64,000 bases of DNA. Origin: Geosiphon pyriformis uo1 (lineage: Eukaryota > Fungi > Glomeromycota). Each line of letters begins with the position of its first letter. Within the stretch, counting starts at the first letter, position 1. The position numbers were made by a program, and so were the translations under genes. Under the pieces are notes generated by a model. It was given only the letters and a program-made list of their open reading frames with translations, was not told the DNA's origin and searched no databases. This document shows, one piece after another, positions 37,945-50,601 of this stretch. The stretch covers positions 66,347 through 130,346 of the forward strand of contig JAAOMT010000777.1 in NCBI GenBank assembly GCA_016748015.1, in the 5' to 3' direction.

Positions 37945-39734
37945 TGAGTGAGGGGTAGAGACACTGAATGCACACCTATACTATCCATTTTGGCCGAAAG
38001 GCCCAGAACTGTTTCTATTAGACACTTCATGCTGTCTTTCAGCTTAGACACTGAAGACATATTGAAAGACACTGCTCCCACAACAGTCCCACCACCAGTG
38101 AACACACCTGAGCTCTCACTCATCACTACATCCGCCCTTTGATCCTGTGATGAAGAGGTCACCAATGGCTAACATCCAGGGCTAGGCTGGGGAACCATTG
38201 GTCTGAATGCATCCAATCTCTTAGCCAGCTTACCAACTTGCTCCATGAGACTGGTGAGACTGCACTCAAGAGCGGCAAACTTATTGTTGACCTCCATTGT
38301 AACCAGTAAGGATGGCTTTATCTCCAAAGAGGAGCCATCATCCACCAAAACATTCTGACTAGAAAGGAGGAGAGAAAAAGACTTGCGAACAATCTTTGCC
38401 CAAGATAGATCACCAAAAGAGACCGGACAAGCAACTGGAGCCAAGCATTTGGCATAGATGACTGCCAGCCTGCTTTTATCTGTGTCTGAGAAAGCCCTAT
38501 GCAATGAATTACCAGAAGAAAATTTTCCACCAACAACACAATCCAATAACATATAACCCAACTTCTCATACTTGGCGCATTTAGTAGAAATGAGACAAGA
38601 CCAGTAGAGATTGGCATTTTTAAGTACTGGCGTGGTTTCCACAGCAGCATTCAATGATTCAACAGAGTCGAAGCAAACAACAGTGCACCTGGCCTGAGCA
38701 TACATAACAGGGTGACGATCAATGATGCATGTTTTTTCACCCACAGATCTAACAAAGTCCCAGATATCATGAGCATTAGTCCCCATTGGCAATGTGTAAA
38801 GCAGTGTTCTATGTCAATTCCTTGCATCCCACACCTCTTTGTTTGAATCAGCCCTAGCCACGCGTACAGCATCTTTCCCAATCAGAATAAACCACTCAGC
38901 TGCAACCAAATTAGCCTGATCCAATTGCTCGAAATCTACTACTGCCTTCTGTCACAGCCCGATTAATTACATCTTGATCACCTTAATAACTCCAAACTCA
39001 TATAGTGCAGCGCGCACAGTCTCAGCTGACATTCTAATCAGAATTTCTTTTATGACCACAGTCCAATCTGACCACCCAGATAATTTTTTGAGATCGGTGT
39101 TTACTAGAATCTTTGCACTCGCAGCCTTATCAGTAGCTTTCATTAGACTTGATTCAGAAATGAATGTCACTCTGATGATTCCTGAGAATTTTAAAGGGGT
39201 AGATGCCCTCTCAAAACCATTGATTCCAGAAAATAATTTTCTTACCACTACAAGCTTTTTCTGAGAAAATTTTCCAGTCACTTTATCTAAGCCAATATCC
39301 AACGTGAATGACTTCTTGACTGGAATATTGACCAAGTTTTTTATAAGAAGAGGGAGCTTAAGAGGAGCATCTGAGAAAACACTATCATCATCATTACCCT
39401 TTGAGAAATCAATCTTTCCCAATGGCTTGCCCAATGCCTTCTTGGTTTTAACTTTTGAACTCATGGGTGTTTGATCATAATCCCCACCAGCCAAAGCACC
39501 ACCTTCACCATAATCAAAGCTGGTCTCTTCCACCAGACACTCCTCTTCTATATCAACACTCTTAGACTCAGTAGTGTCCCTAGTCTCTGAACCCCATGAA
39601 CGGCTCTCCTAGACTTTAGAAGCCACTTTTTTGCCACTGGAACTATCTTTTAAAACACCTCCCCTCCTCTTCTTTCTCGATAAGACTGTCTCAAAACCAC
39701 CACCAGAACTAGAACTCTTAGCAGCCTTCTTCAT
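37941..39734 (-). pseudogene. LINE L-2 ORF1
   Basis: Homologous to L-1 ORF1; ends LPLTQ-TGA overlapping the ORF2 ATG. Confidence 0.8.
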
Positions 39735-41167
39735 GATAGTAGTATTTAGGCCAATGGTGGTCTTGTAATTGAACAGAAACAGTTTAGAGATATCATACTG
39801 AATGGTAAAAATTCTTTTGAAAAAACTTTTGACTCTTTTTTGGGAATTTTGGATGAAGAAAAGAAAGAATTTGCTTTTTTATTTTCAGTTATATTTTAAA
39901 ATATTTATTTAAAATCTATAAATTAAAAAATAAATTAAAAAAACATTAAATAAAATATATTTTAACCAAAAATTTGGCCAAAAACAACTATTTAAATTTA
40001 TAATTTACTATTATAAATGATTATATAAAAAATAAAACATTTTTTTTAACATAAAAATTAACAAAATAAGACTAATTAATTTAAAAAAACATATATTTTT
40101 AGAATTTATTAAAAAATTTTTTAAGTAAATTATATTTTAATTTAAAATATTTAAAATATTTATAATTTTTACTAAAAATACAAATAATATAATAAATTTA
40201 ATTTAAATTTTTTTTAATTTTAAAATAAATAATTATATATTATATTTTATAATAATATATATAATTTATAATGTAAATTTTTTAGATTTATTTAAAAGAT
40301 TATTATAAATAATAATATACATAAACAAAATAAACAATACAATTTTAAATTTATTTTTTTGTTTTTATATTGTTTAATTTTTATTAGTCTTAATTATATA
40401 TATAAAATTTTTATTAATTAAAAAAATATTTTAAAGCCAATAAATTAATCTAATTAAATTTAACATATTTTATTATAGCTTTTTATTATAATCTAATTAG
40501 TTATTATTAGATTAATATAATTTTATTAAATTTAAATAAAACTAAAATAATTATTTTTTTAAAAATATTTATGAATTTTTTTTTGAAAATTATAACTTAA
40601 TTTAAATATATTTTTTGTTTTTCAAGATTTTTGTTTATTTAGATTTTTTTATTTTTAATTAATGTTATAATTTTTTGCAAATTTTTTTTAAAAATAATAT
40701 AAATCTAATAATTTTTTAAAATTATTTATTATAAAAAATAATTTTTTAACAATTATTAACAAATTAATATCTAAAATTTAAAGTAATAAAATAAAAATAA
40801 AAAAACTATTATTTTATTTGTATTTATTTTTTTAGGTTTAAAATATTTGATTAAAAGTATAAAAAAGTCTTACTTTTATTATTTGTTTTTTAATTAATAT
40901 TAATATTTAAAAAAAAATTTATCTTTTTTACAAAATTAGTTTTTAAATTAATTAATACAAATATTATCTAAAATTATTTTTAAAATTAAAATTATTTTAT
41001 TATTTAAGTTTTTAATATTTTTAACCAACTCTTTAAATTTTTACGTAAAAATATTATTTATAAAACCATAAATAGTTCTATTTATTGACTTTTTTTAATT
41101 ATGATATTATTAATAATAGCTCTTAAATTTTTTTTTTTTTAAGNNNNNNNNNNNNNNNNNNNNCACC

Positions 41168-41734
41168 ATGGCTAGTGTCGACAGAGTCGAACGTGAATTA
41201 GGAGACGCTAAGACCGAGTATAGGAGATGCGTGGAGGAGCTGAAGGAGTTTAGGAAGGGTGAGAAGGGAGATAGATTAGAAGAGTTGAAGAAGAATCTGA
41301 GAGAGAAGGAGGATGTAGACGAAAAGCAAAGGAAGAAGTGGATAGAAGAAAAGGAAGAGTTGGAAGAAGAAGTGAAAGAGCTAAAAAAGAGTAAAGATAG
41401 ATGGGAGTTGCAGATGGAAAAATTACAAGATCACTTTATAGAAACTAATAAGACAGGTAACGACTTCGTGACTTGTGACTCAGGCGTTGGGGACAAAGTT
41501 TATGACTTTGGGTAATGACTCTGACTCATGCGTATTGCACTCTTGCAACTTCAACGTTCTTGAATGTTGCACTTGCAGAACTCGAGCGTCCTCCAAAAAG
41601 ACCACGCAACGGTATTGTACATTTTAACACAGATTTAAACGTTAATGTTGATAGCCCCCCAGTTTTTAACAATTTGAACAATAGAGCCCGACAAGACTAA
41701 GTTTCTATGTGAAAACCTCATTCAGCCATTTGAT
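41168..41734 (+). CDS. partial spliced gene: charged coiled-coil N-terminus plus NLS-like PPKRPR (exons 41168-41456, 41579-41611, 41685-41734>)
   Basis: CACCATGG start; GT..AG phase-1 introns 41457-41578 and 41612-41684 keep one open frame up to the N gap; E/K-rich heptads. Confidence 0.6.
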
Positions 41735-42053
41735 NNNNNNNNNNNNNNNNNNNNGTAATATTTTTGTTACATATTTTAAGTTTTAATTAAATTATATTTA
41801 ATTAATACATAAAAATAACATTATTAAATTAGTTTTATTTATAAATTAAATATATAAACTTTTATTTCATAAGTTTAAAATTAATATAAAGTTACATATA
41901 TATATGTAAAATAATATTAAAAATATATTTAATTTCCAATTTTAAAACTTACAATTATGAAACGAATTTTATTCAATATTAAATATATAAAACAATAAGA
42001 ATGTTATTTTAACAAAACAAAAATAATTTAATGAATATTGCACAATACAATAA

Positions 42054-42072
42054 CTGTCTCTTATACACATCT
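42054..42072 (+). other. Tn5 mosaic end / Nextera adapter (assembly artefact)
   Basis: Exact CTGTCTCTTATACACATCT. Confidence 0.95.
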
Positions 42073-42701
42073 AACAAAAATAGAGTTTTTTTTTGTTTAT
42101 ATATAAATTATGCATATTGTTTTATAATAGAAATTAGTGACTGTTTATTTAAACAAATTTACATTAATATTATATGTAATTAAAAATTTGTTTAGAAAAA
42201 AGTAAATAATATATTATTTTTACAAATATATTTGTAAAATTAAGATGCTTAAATATTAAGTTCTATTTATTTTAATGTATTATGTTGATATTTATTAATA
42301 TTATTTTTAAAAGATATAATTTAAATTTTTATTTAAAATTGTTTAATAAAATTAATTTTGAAAATAACAAACAAAGTTTTAAGTTTTAGTTAGATATATA
42401 TTATAAATAAAATATATATTTGTTATTTATTATAATTAAGTTAATTTTTAATTAATATTTAAAATATAAGCTTAAATAAAAAATTATAAAAAATTTAAAC
42501 ATAATAAAAATAAAATATAAAATTATTCATATAAAAATAATTATAATAATTTTATTAAATATAAAAAAATTTTGTATTTTTTAAAATAAGTTGTTTAAAA
42601 AAAATTTTGTTAAATTATATAAGATATTTTAAGTTTTTTATATTTAAATAAAAATATTAATAAATATAAAAAATTGCTAAATTAATCTATCTGCAATACA
42701 T

Positions 42702-43607
42702 TATTATCAACTAAAAGTAAATAAAAATTAACATAAAATTAATTTTATAATTCTTATTATTATATATTAATCAAATTATATTTTATTATTATTTCATAAA
42801 TTATTAATTATTTATATTTTAATTAATAATTCAAATTATATAAATACACAAATATATCTAAACTCGAATTTTATAACAGTAAAAATTGGTCGAAATATGC
42901 AAAAATCCATGAATTTGCAATAATTTACTAAAATATAAAGAGTTTATTAAAATTTATAACTAGTTTTAAAAAATTCAGAAAAATAGTTGCAAAAAAAAGA
43001 GTATTAGAACTTAAATAAATACTATTCAAAAATATATTTTAATATCTAATAATCTTAGAATTAAATAACAAATTACAAATAAAATAAAAAAAATAAAAAT
43101 ATTCTTTTAAAAAACCCAAAAATTTTTAAATATTCTTTTGAATTTTTATAACATTCGAAATTAATATTTTAAAATTAACTAGCTACTAATTTCAATAGTT
43201 TATTTGGTTTTTTACTTAAGTTTAAAGAAAATTTATGCAACAAATTATCTTTAATTATTATCAAAATTATGTTTTTTATTTTTTTTAATTTGTTATAAAT
43301 TATTAGAACCTTATAGTTAAAAAATACTGTAGAAAAATTGACTTTTATAGCAAAATAATTACATAATTTATTAAAAAAGTCTGTAATAAAAAGATTTTTA
43401 CAAAAAAATTAACTTTTAATACAAAATAATTACAAAAAATAATTGGTACAAAATTAATCATTATATTATAAGTTCAACAACATAAATAGTTTTTAAAGTA
43501 TAAAAAATACTTTAAAAAAAATTTATTAACTTATTAAAAGTTTTATTATTAACATATTAACAAAACAACAACAACAACAAAAGAAGTAAAAAAAATCATT
43601 AGTAATA
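42702..43607 (+). repeat. fossil solo LTR related to the B/C LTRs
   Basis: Colinear blocks match the B LTR mostly by C>T/G>A changes; eroded termini TATTAT...GTAATA; flanks ACAT/ATAT. Confidence 0.65.
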
Positions 43608-46600
43608 ATATAATATTATATTAGTTTAATTAAAATAAAAAATAACTTTTTTTTATATAAAATTAAAATTAGATTATATATTTAATTTTATATTATATTT
43701 TAAGTAATTTATAATATTTTATAATTAAAAAACATTTTATTGCAAACAAATTCGAATATTATAATCTTGTTTTTTATAAATTTTATATTTATATACTTAA
43801 ATTTAAAAAAAAAATTTTTAATAATTTAAAATTGAGATAAATTTTGTCAAATAAATAATTTTTAATAAGCAATACTTTATTAAAAGTAATTTAAAACACT
43901 AAAAAATATTTTCAAGTTTGTTAATTAAAAAATTTTTAATTGCAAAAAATATAATTAAAATTTGAATTAATTAAGTATATATTGTCTTTTGTTAAAAGTT
44001 AATATATTTAATTTATTTCTTTAAGCAATAAATTTAAACTTTAGATAATTATTAAAAAATTAATTTTAGAATTAATTATTGTAAAAATATAATTTGTTTT
44101 TACTAAATACCAAATAAAATAAAACTAATTTATAGAGAAAATTTTTTTAATAATAAGCATATTTCAAATTTAATATTTATATAAAAGACTTATTATTATT
44201 AAAAAAACATTAAAACAAAATATTATATTATTATTTAATAATTTTTGTGTAAGAAAATACTTCTTATAAACTGTTTTTAAAATAAAAATTAAGATTTATT
44301 ATACAATATTTTAAAAAAAAATGTTATAAATATAATAAATTTGAATATACTTAATATTTTATTGTATTTTATTTCTTTAATCATATTTTTAAAAACATAT
44401 AATATTTATAATTAAACATTTTATAAATTTTTTATTGAACTTTAAAATAGTTTTTTAATTAAACATATTAATTTTTTATTTATAATAAATTAATATTATT
44501 AAATATATATTCTTATTAATCTAAATAACAATAGATTTTTTTATATAAAATTTAAATTATTAATAAATAATTTGTTAAAGCTAAAATTACTAAATATTTA
44601 TAACTTAATATAGTTTATTTAAAATTAAATACTTATAATAATACAGATTAAATAATATTAATCTATTTAAAATAAAAATTGTTTTAATTATTTTTATTTG
44701 CAAAGTACTTTTTATAATTAATAAGTATATTTTTTTTAAAGGAAAAACTTCTTTCTCTCTTATCTCCTAAAATTCTTAAAAAGCGTATTTCAAAAGAAGT
44801 TTTTTCTACTATTTCATACTGTCTTCCATCACTTTACAAGAAACAAATCCTTTTGTTGTTGACCTGGCTGCTCCCATGAGTGGTACTGGTGCTAAAAGAA
44901 GGTCGTCCAAAGTTCTAACTTCTGGTTCAGTTAGTAGTGGTTCAAGTCATAAGGTCAAGAAATCTCTTGGTGGTGTTAAGCTATCAAGTAATAGTATGGC
45001 TCTCAAAGATAGTGGATCTGGTCAAGTGGTTGGGCAGTTTAATAGCATGGATACTGATGGGGAGGCTTCTGAAGGTGAAGGAGTATCCAATTCCAAGATG
45101 AATACATCTCAAGCCAAGCATTTCAATAATAGTGCGATTGTTGGCTTCCTCCTTGGCTCTATTAATTTTGACATAGAGGAGAAAGAGAAGATTTCTTTTC
45201 CCTCTTGTAAGTCTTTTTCTTTGAATAAGGTGTGGATTAATCCCAAAATCATTAAAACTCAAGTAGAAATGGCTGTAAAAAAATCTTTTGCTTTGGACAT
45301 CAATCTTTTGGCTGTGGAAGGAATATCGGCAATGGCTAAAACTCATGCCATAAGAAAATTATTTTCAAGAATCAATGGTTTTGGGGAGGCCACTATCCCC
45401 TTAAAATTTGAAGGGATCATCAGATCTACCTTTATCTCAGAAGCAAGCATAGAAAAGGCCACCTCATTGGCCAAGAAAAATGACATCATAGTAAACAGCG
45501 ATTTTAAGAAACAAGGAATTAGGTCAGATTGGACTGTGGTGATCAAAAAAATTTCCATGGACATGCCAAAGGATATGATTGTCGCCGCAGTATCTGAATT
45601 TGGAGAAATTAAGTCAATCAGAATTCAGTTGATCGGAATGTGGCAGAAGGCTATGGTGGAGTTCACCGAATCTAATTAAGCTGATCAGTTAGCCTCAAAG
45701 TGGTCATTCCTAATCAGGAAAAACTCTGTGCATGTTGCCAGAGCTGTGAAAGATCGTGATGTCTGGGCATCAAGGGATCGCTATAGAGCGCTTCTGTTTA
45801 CTTTGCCAATGGAGACAACTGTGCATGATCTTGGCACTCTTTTGGATAAAGTTGGTGGGAGAACTTGTATTATTAATTGCTTATTGAAAACTGACAATAG
45901 GTTTTATTGTGCTGTGGTGTGCTTTAAATTCGCTGATGATTTGAATTCAGCCTTTTTTACTGAGCCTATTCTTGGTGGTATTCAGTTTTCATAGGCCAGA
46001 TTTGATTTGGTTTGTTGCAGAAAGTGTGGGTGTCTTGGTCATTCGGCTCTTAAATGTGACGTTTCAAATGTGTCACCTTCCGAGCTCCTATCTTCGTCTA
46101 GGAAACCTGTCTCCAATGCCAATCATCTCTAGCTGGCCAGGCTGTATGCAAAAAAGAATGTTCCTATCTCTTGCCCTGCTGCTTTTGGTGGCAAGTCATG
46201 GGCCCAAGTAGTGTCTCTTGCATCTTCTTCTGGTAGTTTCTCTTCTGGTTCTGGTGCCTTCTCTCTTGGCGTTTCTGATTTGAGTGGTGGTTTTTCTCTG
46301 TTGACAAATGACAACTCTTCTTTGAATACCCACTTGGCGTCTTTGGAATGTTCCTTAGAGTTCCTACTTGATTAGGTCTTTGGTATTGTGCGCAGACTTG
46401 GCAGTATGAATCTGGTGCCTTTGGCCCTCCCTCTTTCTTTTTCAGGTATTTTGGATGTTCCAGCAGCTACCAGTTTTGATATGATTTTGGATGATACCTC
46501 ACATGATCCTGTGGTAGCACTTTTGCTTCCTCTCGTTGGTTCAGATTTGGGTTCGAGTAGTTCAAAAGTTTTGACCTCTAAAATGGGTTCTCTGGAATCC

Positions 46601-47375
46601 AAGTTGGTGGCTCTTAATGCTTCTGTTGGTGCAATTCTGGGGAAGTTAGATCAGTTGTGCACTAGTTTGAGTTTTTAGGCATCTTCTTCTTCCCAATAAT
46701 TGACCTGGTTTGGAAAGTGGCTACATGCAATATGAAGAGCATAAACAATCCTGCCAAGCAGAAAGATATTGTTCAATGGCACAAAAATGCGGGTAACATG
46801 ATTTCTGTGGTTACTGAAACAAAGTTGAAAAGAAAAGTCCGTCCTTGGATTATGAACAAATTTGATGGTGTTCGGGTGTTTACCTCTGGTTTGGAGTTTA
46901 GTTATTTGGGTACAGGAGTTGCCATAATTATGGATGTTTCTCTGGCAAAGCATGTGTGCAAGATTTCTGAGGTGCTCAGCTGGCTCATCTCTGTGAAATT
47001 GCTTTTCAAAAATAAACTTTCAGTAACAGTTTTGGGCTTATATGCAGGTGCCACCTTGGAAAAGAGACTGGCTCACTCTCATGTTGTCAATTTAATGGTG
47101 GCTGAAGCTTTAAATGGCAGTACTTTTGTTGTTCTTGGTGGCGACTTTAACAAAAATGATTCTGGCTGTAGTGCGAACTTCAAGAAATGTCTGGATTTGG
47201 GTTTGTTTGATTCTTTATATGGTTCTTTTTTGCACAGGCTTCCCACATGGTCCAATTCAAGGGGTGTTCATAAGTGCATAGACTTTATATTAGTTAGCAA
47301 TAGTCTTCACAGTTTTTTTTTTAACCAGTGTGTGTTGTGTCCGGCCAAATTTTTTGATTCTGATTACTTGGCTGT

Positions 47376-48356
47376 TGTTACTGGAGGTTTTTGGTCTCTT
47401 TTCTTGAATTTTGTTGATGCCTGTTTGCTGTGAATTCACATTTCCAGGAAGTAGTTGGACCTTCAGTAACTGAATTTATCTTCAAATTATCTCCTATAAT
47501 TTGAACTTACTGGACTTATGAGTAGAATGGCCAATTCCGTGCCAGTTGTTTTATGTAGTTACGTTGTAGTAAACATCAACTCTTTCCCAAGAATTGCTTG
47601 TCTGGAAGCTCACTAAAATGTGTAGTTACTTTGCTGTGAAAGTCAACTCTTCTACAGAAATCTCGTCTGTAGGCTACCCTAATGATTGTAATAAAAAAAG
47701 AAAAGAAAAATAAAAGAAATGTAAAAGAAATAGAATTTTGTCAAGAGAAACGTTTTTCTATCCAGGCCTGGAGTCACTAACAGTTTACTGAAATTGGTAG
47801 CTAATCAATTTCAAAACGTTTAGTTGGTTTTTGGGGATTTTCCACGTGTACTAATTAAAGAATTTGGTTTTTCAAATTATTTGATATTTATTTCTTTTTG
47901 TGTGCATAGGAATGGTTTTAAGTGATAAATCTAAAGTAAGATATATTTTTTCGAAGAGAGAAGCTCTTCTTTTATACAACTTGTCGTAACACTATTCTAT
48001 GAACTTGAACTTTGCTATTTTCTACAATTTTGCTGAACTAAAGATAAATTTTGGTGAACTACAAGTTATTTCTGCAAACTATTAGATATTTTGGTGAACT
48101 ATCAATTATTTCGGCAAATTTCTACAAATTTTGGCGAACTTTTGAATGTTACATAGTTCGGAGTATTGCATGATTGATCATCGCAATTAGGTTACATTTG
48201 TGTTGTGTACAATTTGGGTTATTAATTAAATGATGATTTTGGACATTTTTACTAATGTAATAAGTGATAATTTGAAACGATAATATATGCTAATTAATGA
48301 TAGGATTTATAAGATAATTTTATGCTAAATAATATTTTTAATTTCATCTGGTAACA
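47376..48356 (-). repeat. 3' LTR of C
   Basis: Repeat of the B LTRs, TGTTAC...GTAACA. Confidence 0.95.
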
Positions 48357-48367
48357 TAACCTCCTTC

Positions 48368-49045
48368 TCAAGACTGAGCTCCGTCAAAAGTCCAAGTACT
48401 GTCTGTAATTTCCAGATAGTAATCCAAAATTATTGAAGAAATTTGGTCTAAAAATTGTTGAAATTTCAGTTCTGTGAGCTTTTTAATGTATTGAATCTTC
48501 AAAGGTCATAAAATTGGGTTTTGTAAGACATTTTCACAGGTGTGGAATAGGTTATAAAGTTTAAGAGCAGCTCTGAGCTTGTAGTGACTGTTTGTTGGTC
48601 CAGCTGTTATTTTGAATTCGTTGTGGAGTTGTTTCTGAATAGCTTTTTTTGTGAGATTTGCTGTTGTAAGTTTCAGTTTCCATTTGTAGAGTGTTTTTCC
48701 AATGTGAAAATATCTATAGATTGGAGGATATTCAGTGTTTTTCTTATTGAGACACAGTTGAAGTCTTTGTTGAATTGTAGCATTTGGTGAAATACTAATC
48801 AGAGTGAGCATTAGGTTTTTTCTTAAAGCAAGCTTTAAAAGTTCTGGCAGGTGAATTCCAGAATAACTTCTTGTGTTCTTTTTATATGGGTGATATTTTC
48901 GTGAATTTGGGGCTAAATTTGTAACTACTTCTGTTTGGGTATAATTAATGTGGTTTCCAGTAACAGTAATAGATAATTCAGGTATTGTTTTTAAAGCTAA
49001 CATTAGTTTTTGAGATAATTGTTGAATGTTTTGAGAAATAGTCAT
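48368..49045 (-). pseudogene. ORF3 of C (226 codons, one internal CGA>TGA stop)
   Basis: MTISQNIQQL...TWTFDGAQS-TGA, ending at the PPT. Confidence 0.8.
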
Positions 49046-49161
49046 TATAAGAAATTTGAAATAAAAGAAAATTATTTTTGGTGTATGGGTTTTTATGTTA
49101 TTTTTGTTTTGTTTTTGTGAGATTGTTTCTAAATTATAAGGGAATAACTAGTAAAATTAAA

Positions 49162-50543
49162 TTAGTTCAGGTTGGAAGGTTGTTTAATGACAACTATTGG
49201 TTCTAAGTTTCGGGGAATATCTTCGGGATTGACTAAAAGGGAATATATACCAATTTGTGGAATTAATGGTTCAGAATTGTTTCTGAAATGATAGTGTTTC
49301 AAACAATCTCCATGTGCAACTTTTGCTAGGATTTTGTCATCAAGTTTTAGCTTGTATGATCCGTTGCCTAGAACTTCATGGATAAAGAATGGTCCATCCC
49401 ATTTATTTTCAAATTTTCCACTCCATTGTTTTTCAGCTTTAGTTCTGTGTAAAAGAACTTTGTTTCTGATTTTAAATTCATTGGTGACTGGAGGCGATTT
49501 GTCATCATGCTGTTCTTTTTGTCGAGCTTGGAAGTGTTTAATATGGTGGCTGCTATTCGTCGTTTTCTTTCCAATATGCTAAGCAGAGTGTAGGCTCTTC
49601 GCTGAAGCATTTCTTGGAAATTGTTTTCATTGATTGGTTGTGCTGGGTATGTTTCCACTGTAAAACTAATTGGTAATGTTGCTGTCCTTTCGTAAGTTAA
49701 ATCAAATGGTGTGTGTTTTGTGGTATCTTGTTTTAGTATTCTGTATGCTAGCAACACTAATGGAATAAAGATATCCCACTCTTGCTCAAAATCGGTTGAG
49801 ACTTTGGCTAATGACTTACACAATGTTCTGTTAAAATGTTCTACAAGTCTGTTTGTTTGTGGATAGTAAGGCAAAGACAGAGGTCTTTTGACATTGAATT
49901 GTTCACAAATTTTTTGTATCAGGTTGTTCACAAAGTGTGTCCCCTGATTGGATAAAAGTTCAATTGGACATCCGTGTCTACAAATGATATCTTCATAGAT
50001 GAAATTTGCTACTGATTTTGCATCTGCTTGTTGAATGGCTCTGGCTTCAGGCCATTTAGTAAGATAGTCTACAGCTACTGCAATATAATGGTTTCCTTGA
50101 ATGGTGATAGATAGTGGTCCAACTAAATCGATACCAACTCGGTTAAAGAGTTGTCCAACTTTGATTGGATTTAATGGTTCAGTAGGGCATGTTCCTTCTT
50201 TTCTTTGACAACTATCACAAGATTCGACATATTTGTGAATGTTTTTTCTTATTCGAGACCAAAAGTAGTATTCTAGTGTTCTTTGGATGGTGCTATCTTT
50301 TCTGAAGTGTGCTGATGAAGAATCTGAGTGCATGTTGTATAATATGATCTCTTTTTCCTGTTCTTGTATTAATCTGAGTGGTTTGTTTGGGTTTTTGAAA
50401 TTTCAATGATAAATAATGTTGTTGTGTAGAAAATATTGTTTGGCTTGTTGTTGTAGTCAATGTTTTTTATTTGGAGACCAATCTGTTGGGATTGTTAATG
50501 ATTCCAAATATTGTTTGAGATTGTTGTAGTTTTCCAAATTCAT
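49162..50543 (-). pseudogene. stand-alone integrase ORF of C
   Basis: Own ATG, HHCC, DDE core in ORF 49368-50333, WDGPF, NLEPIVVI. Confidence 0.85.
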
Positions 50544-50601
50544 TGTTTGTTGGCTCTTTTGGTTGGTTAAGTTGAGTGTTGGTTTTTGTGGGTTTTTTTT
50601 T

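Larger units (their letters stand above)
33191..39870 (-). mobile_element. full-length LINE L-2 (uninterrupted)
   Basis: (TAA)n tail; 3' UTR like L-1; ORF2 ~33329-37944 (APE, RT with GAFVDN, RNH LSVYTDG, CLYCG..HVFSC); ORF1 ~37941-39734. Confidence 0.9.

Noticed and set aside
48368-49045. ORF3 as an envelope gene
   Set aside because: No signal peptide, transmembrane helix or furin/fusion motif is visible, and it is too short.
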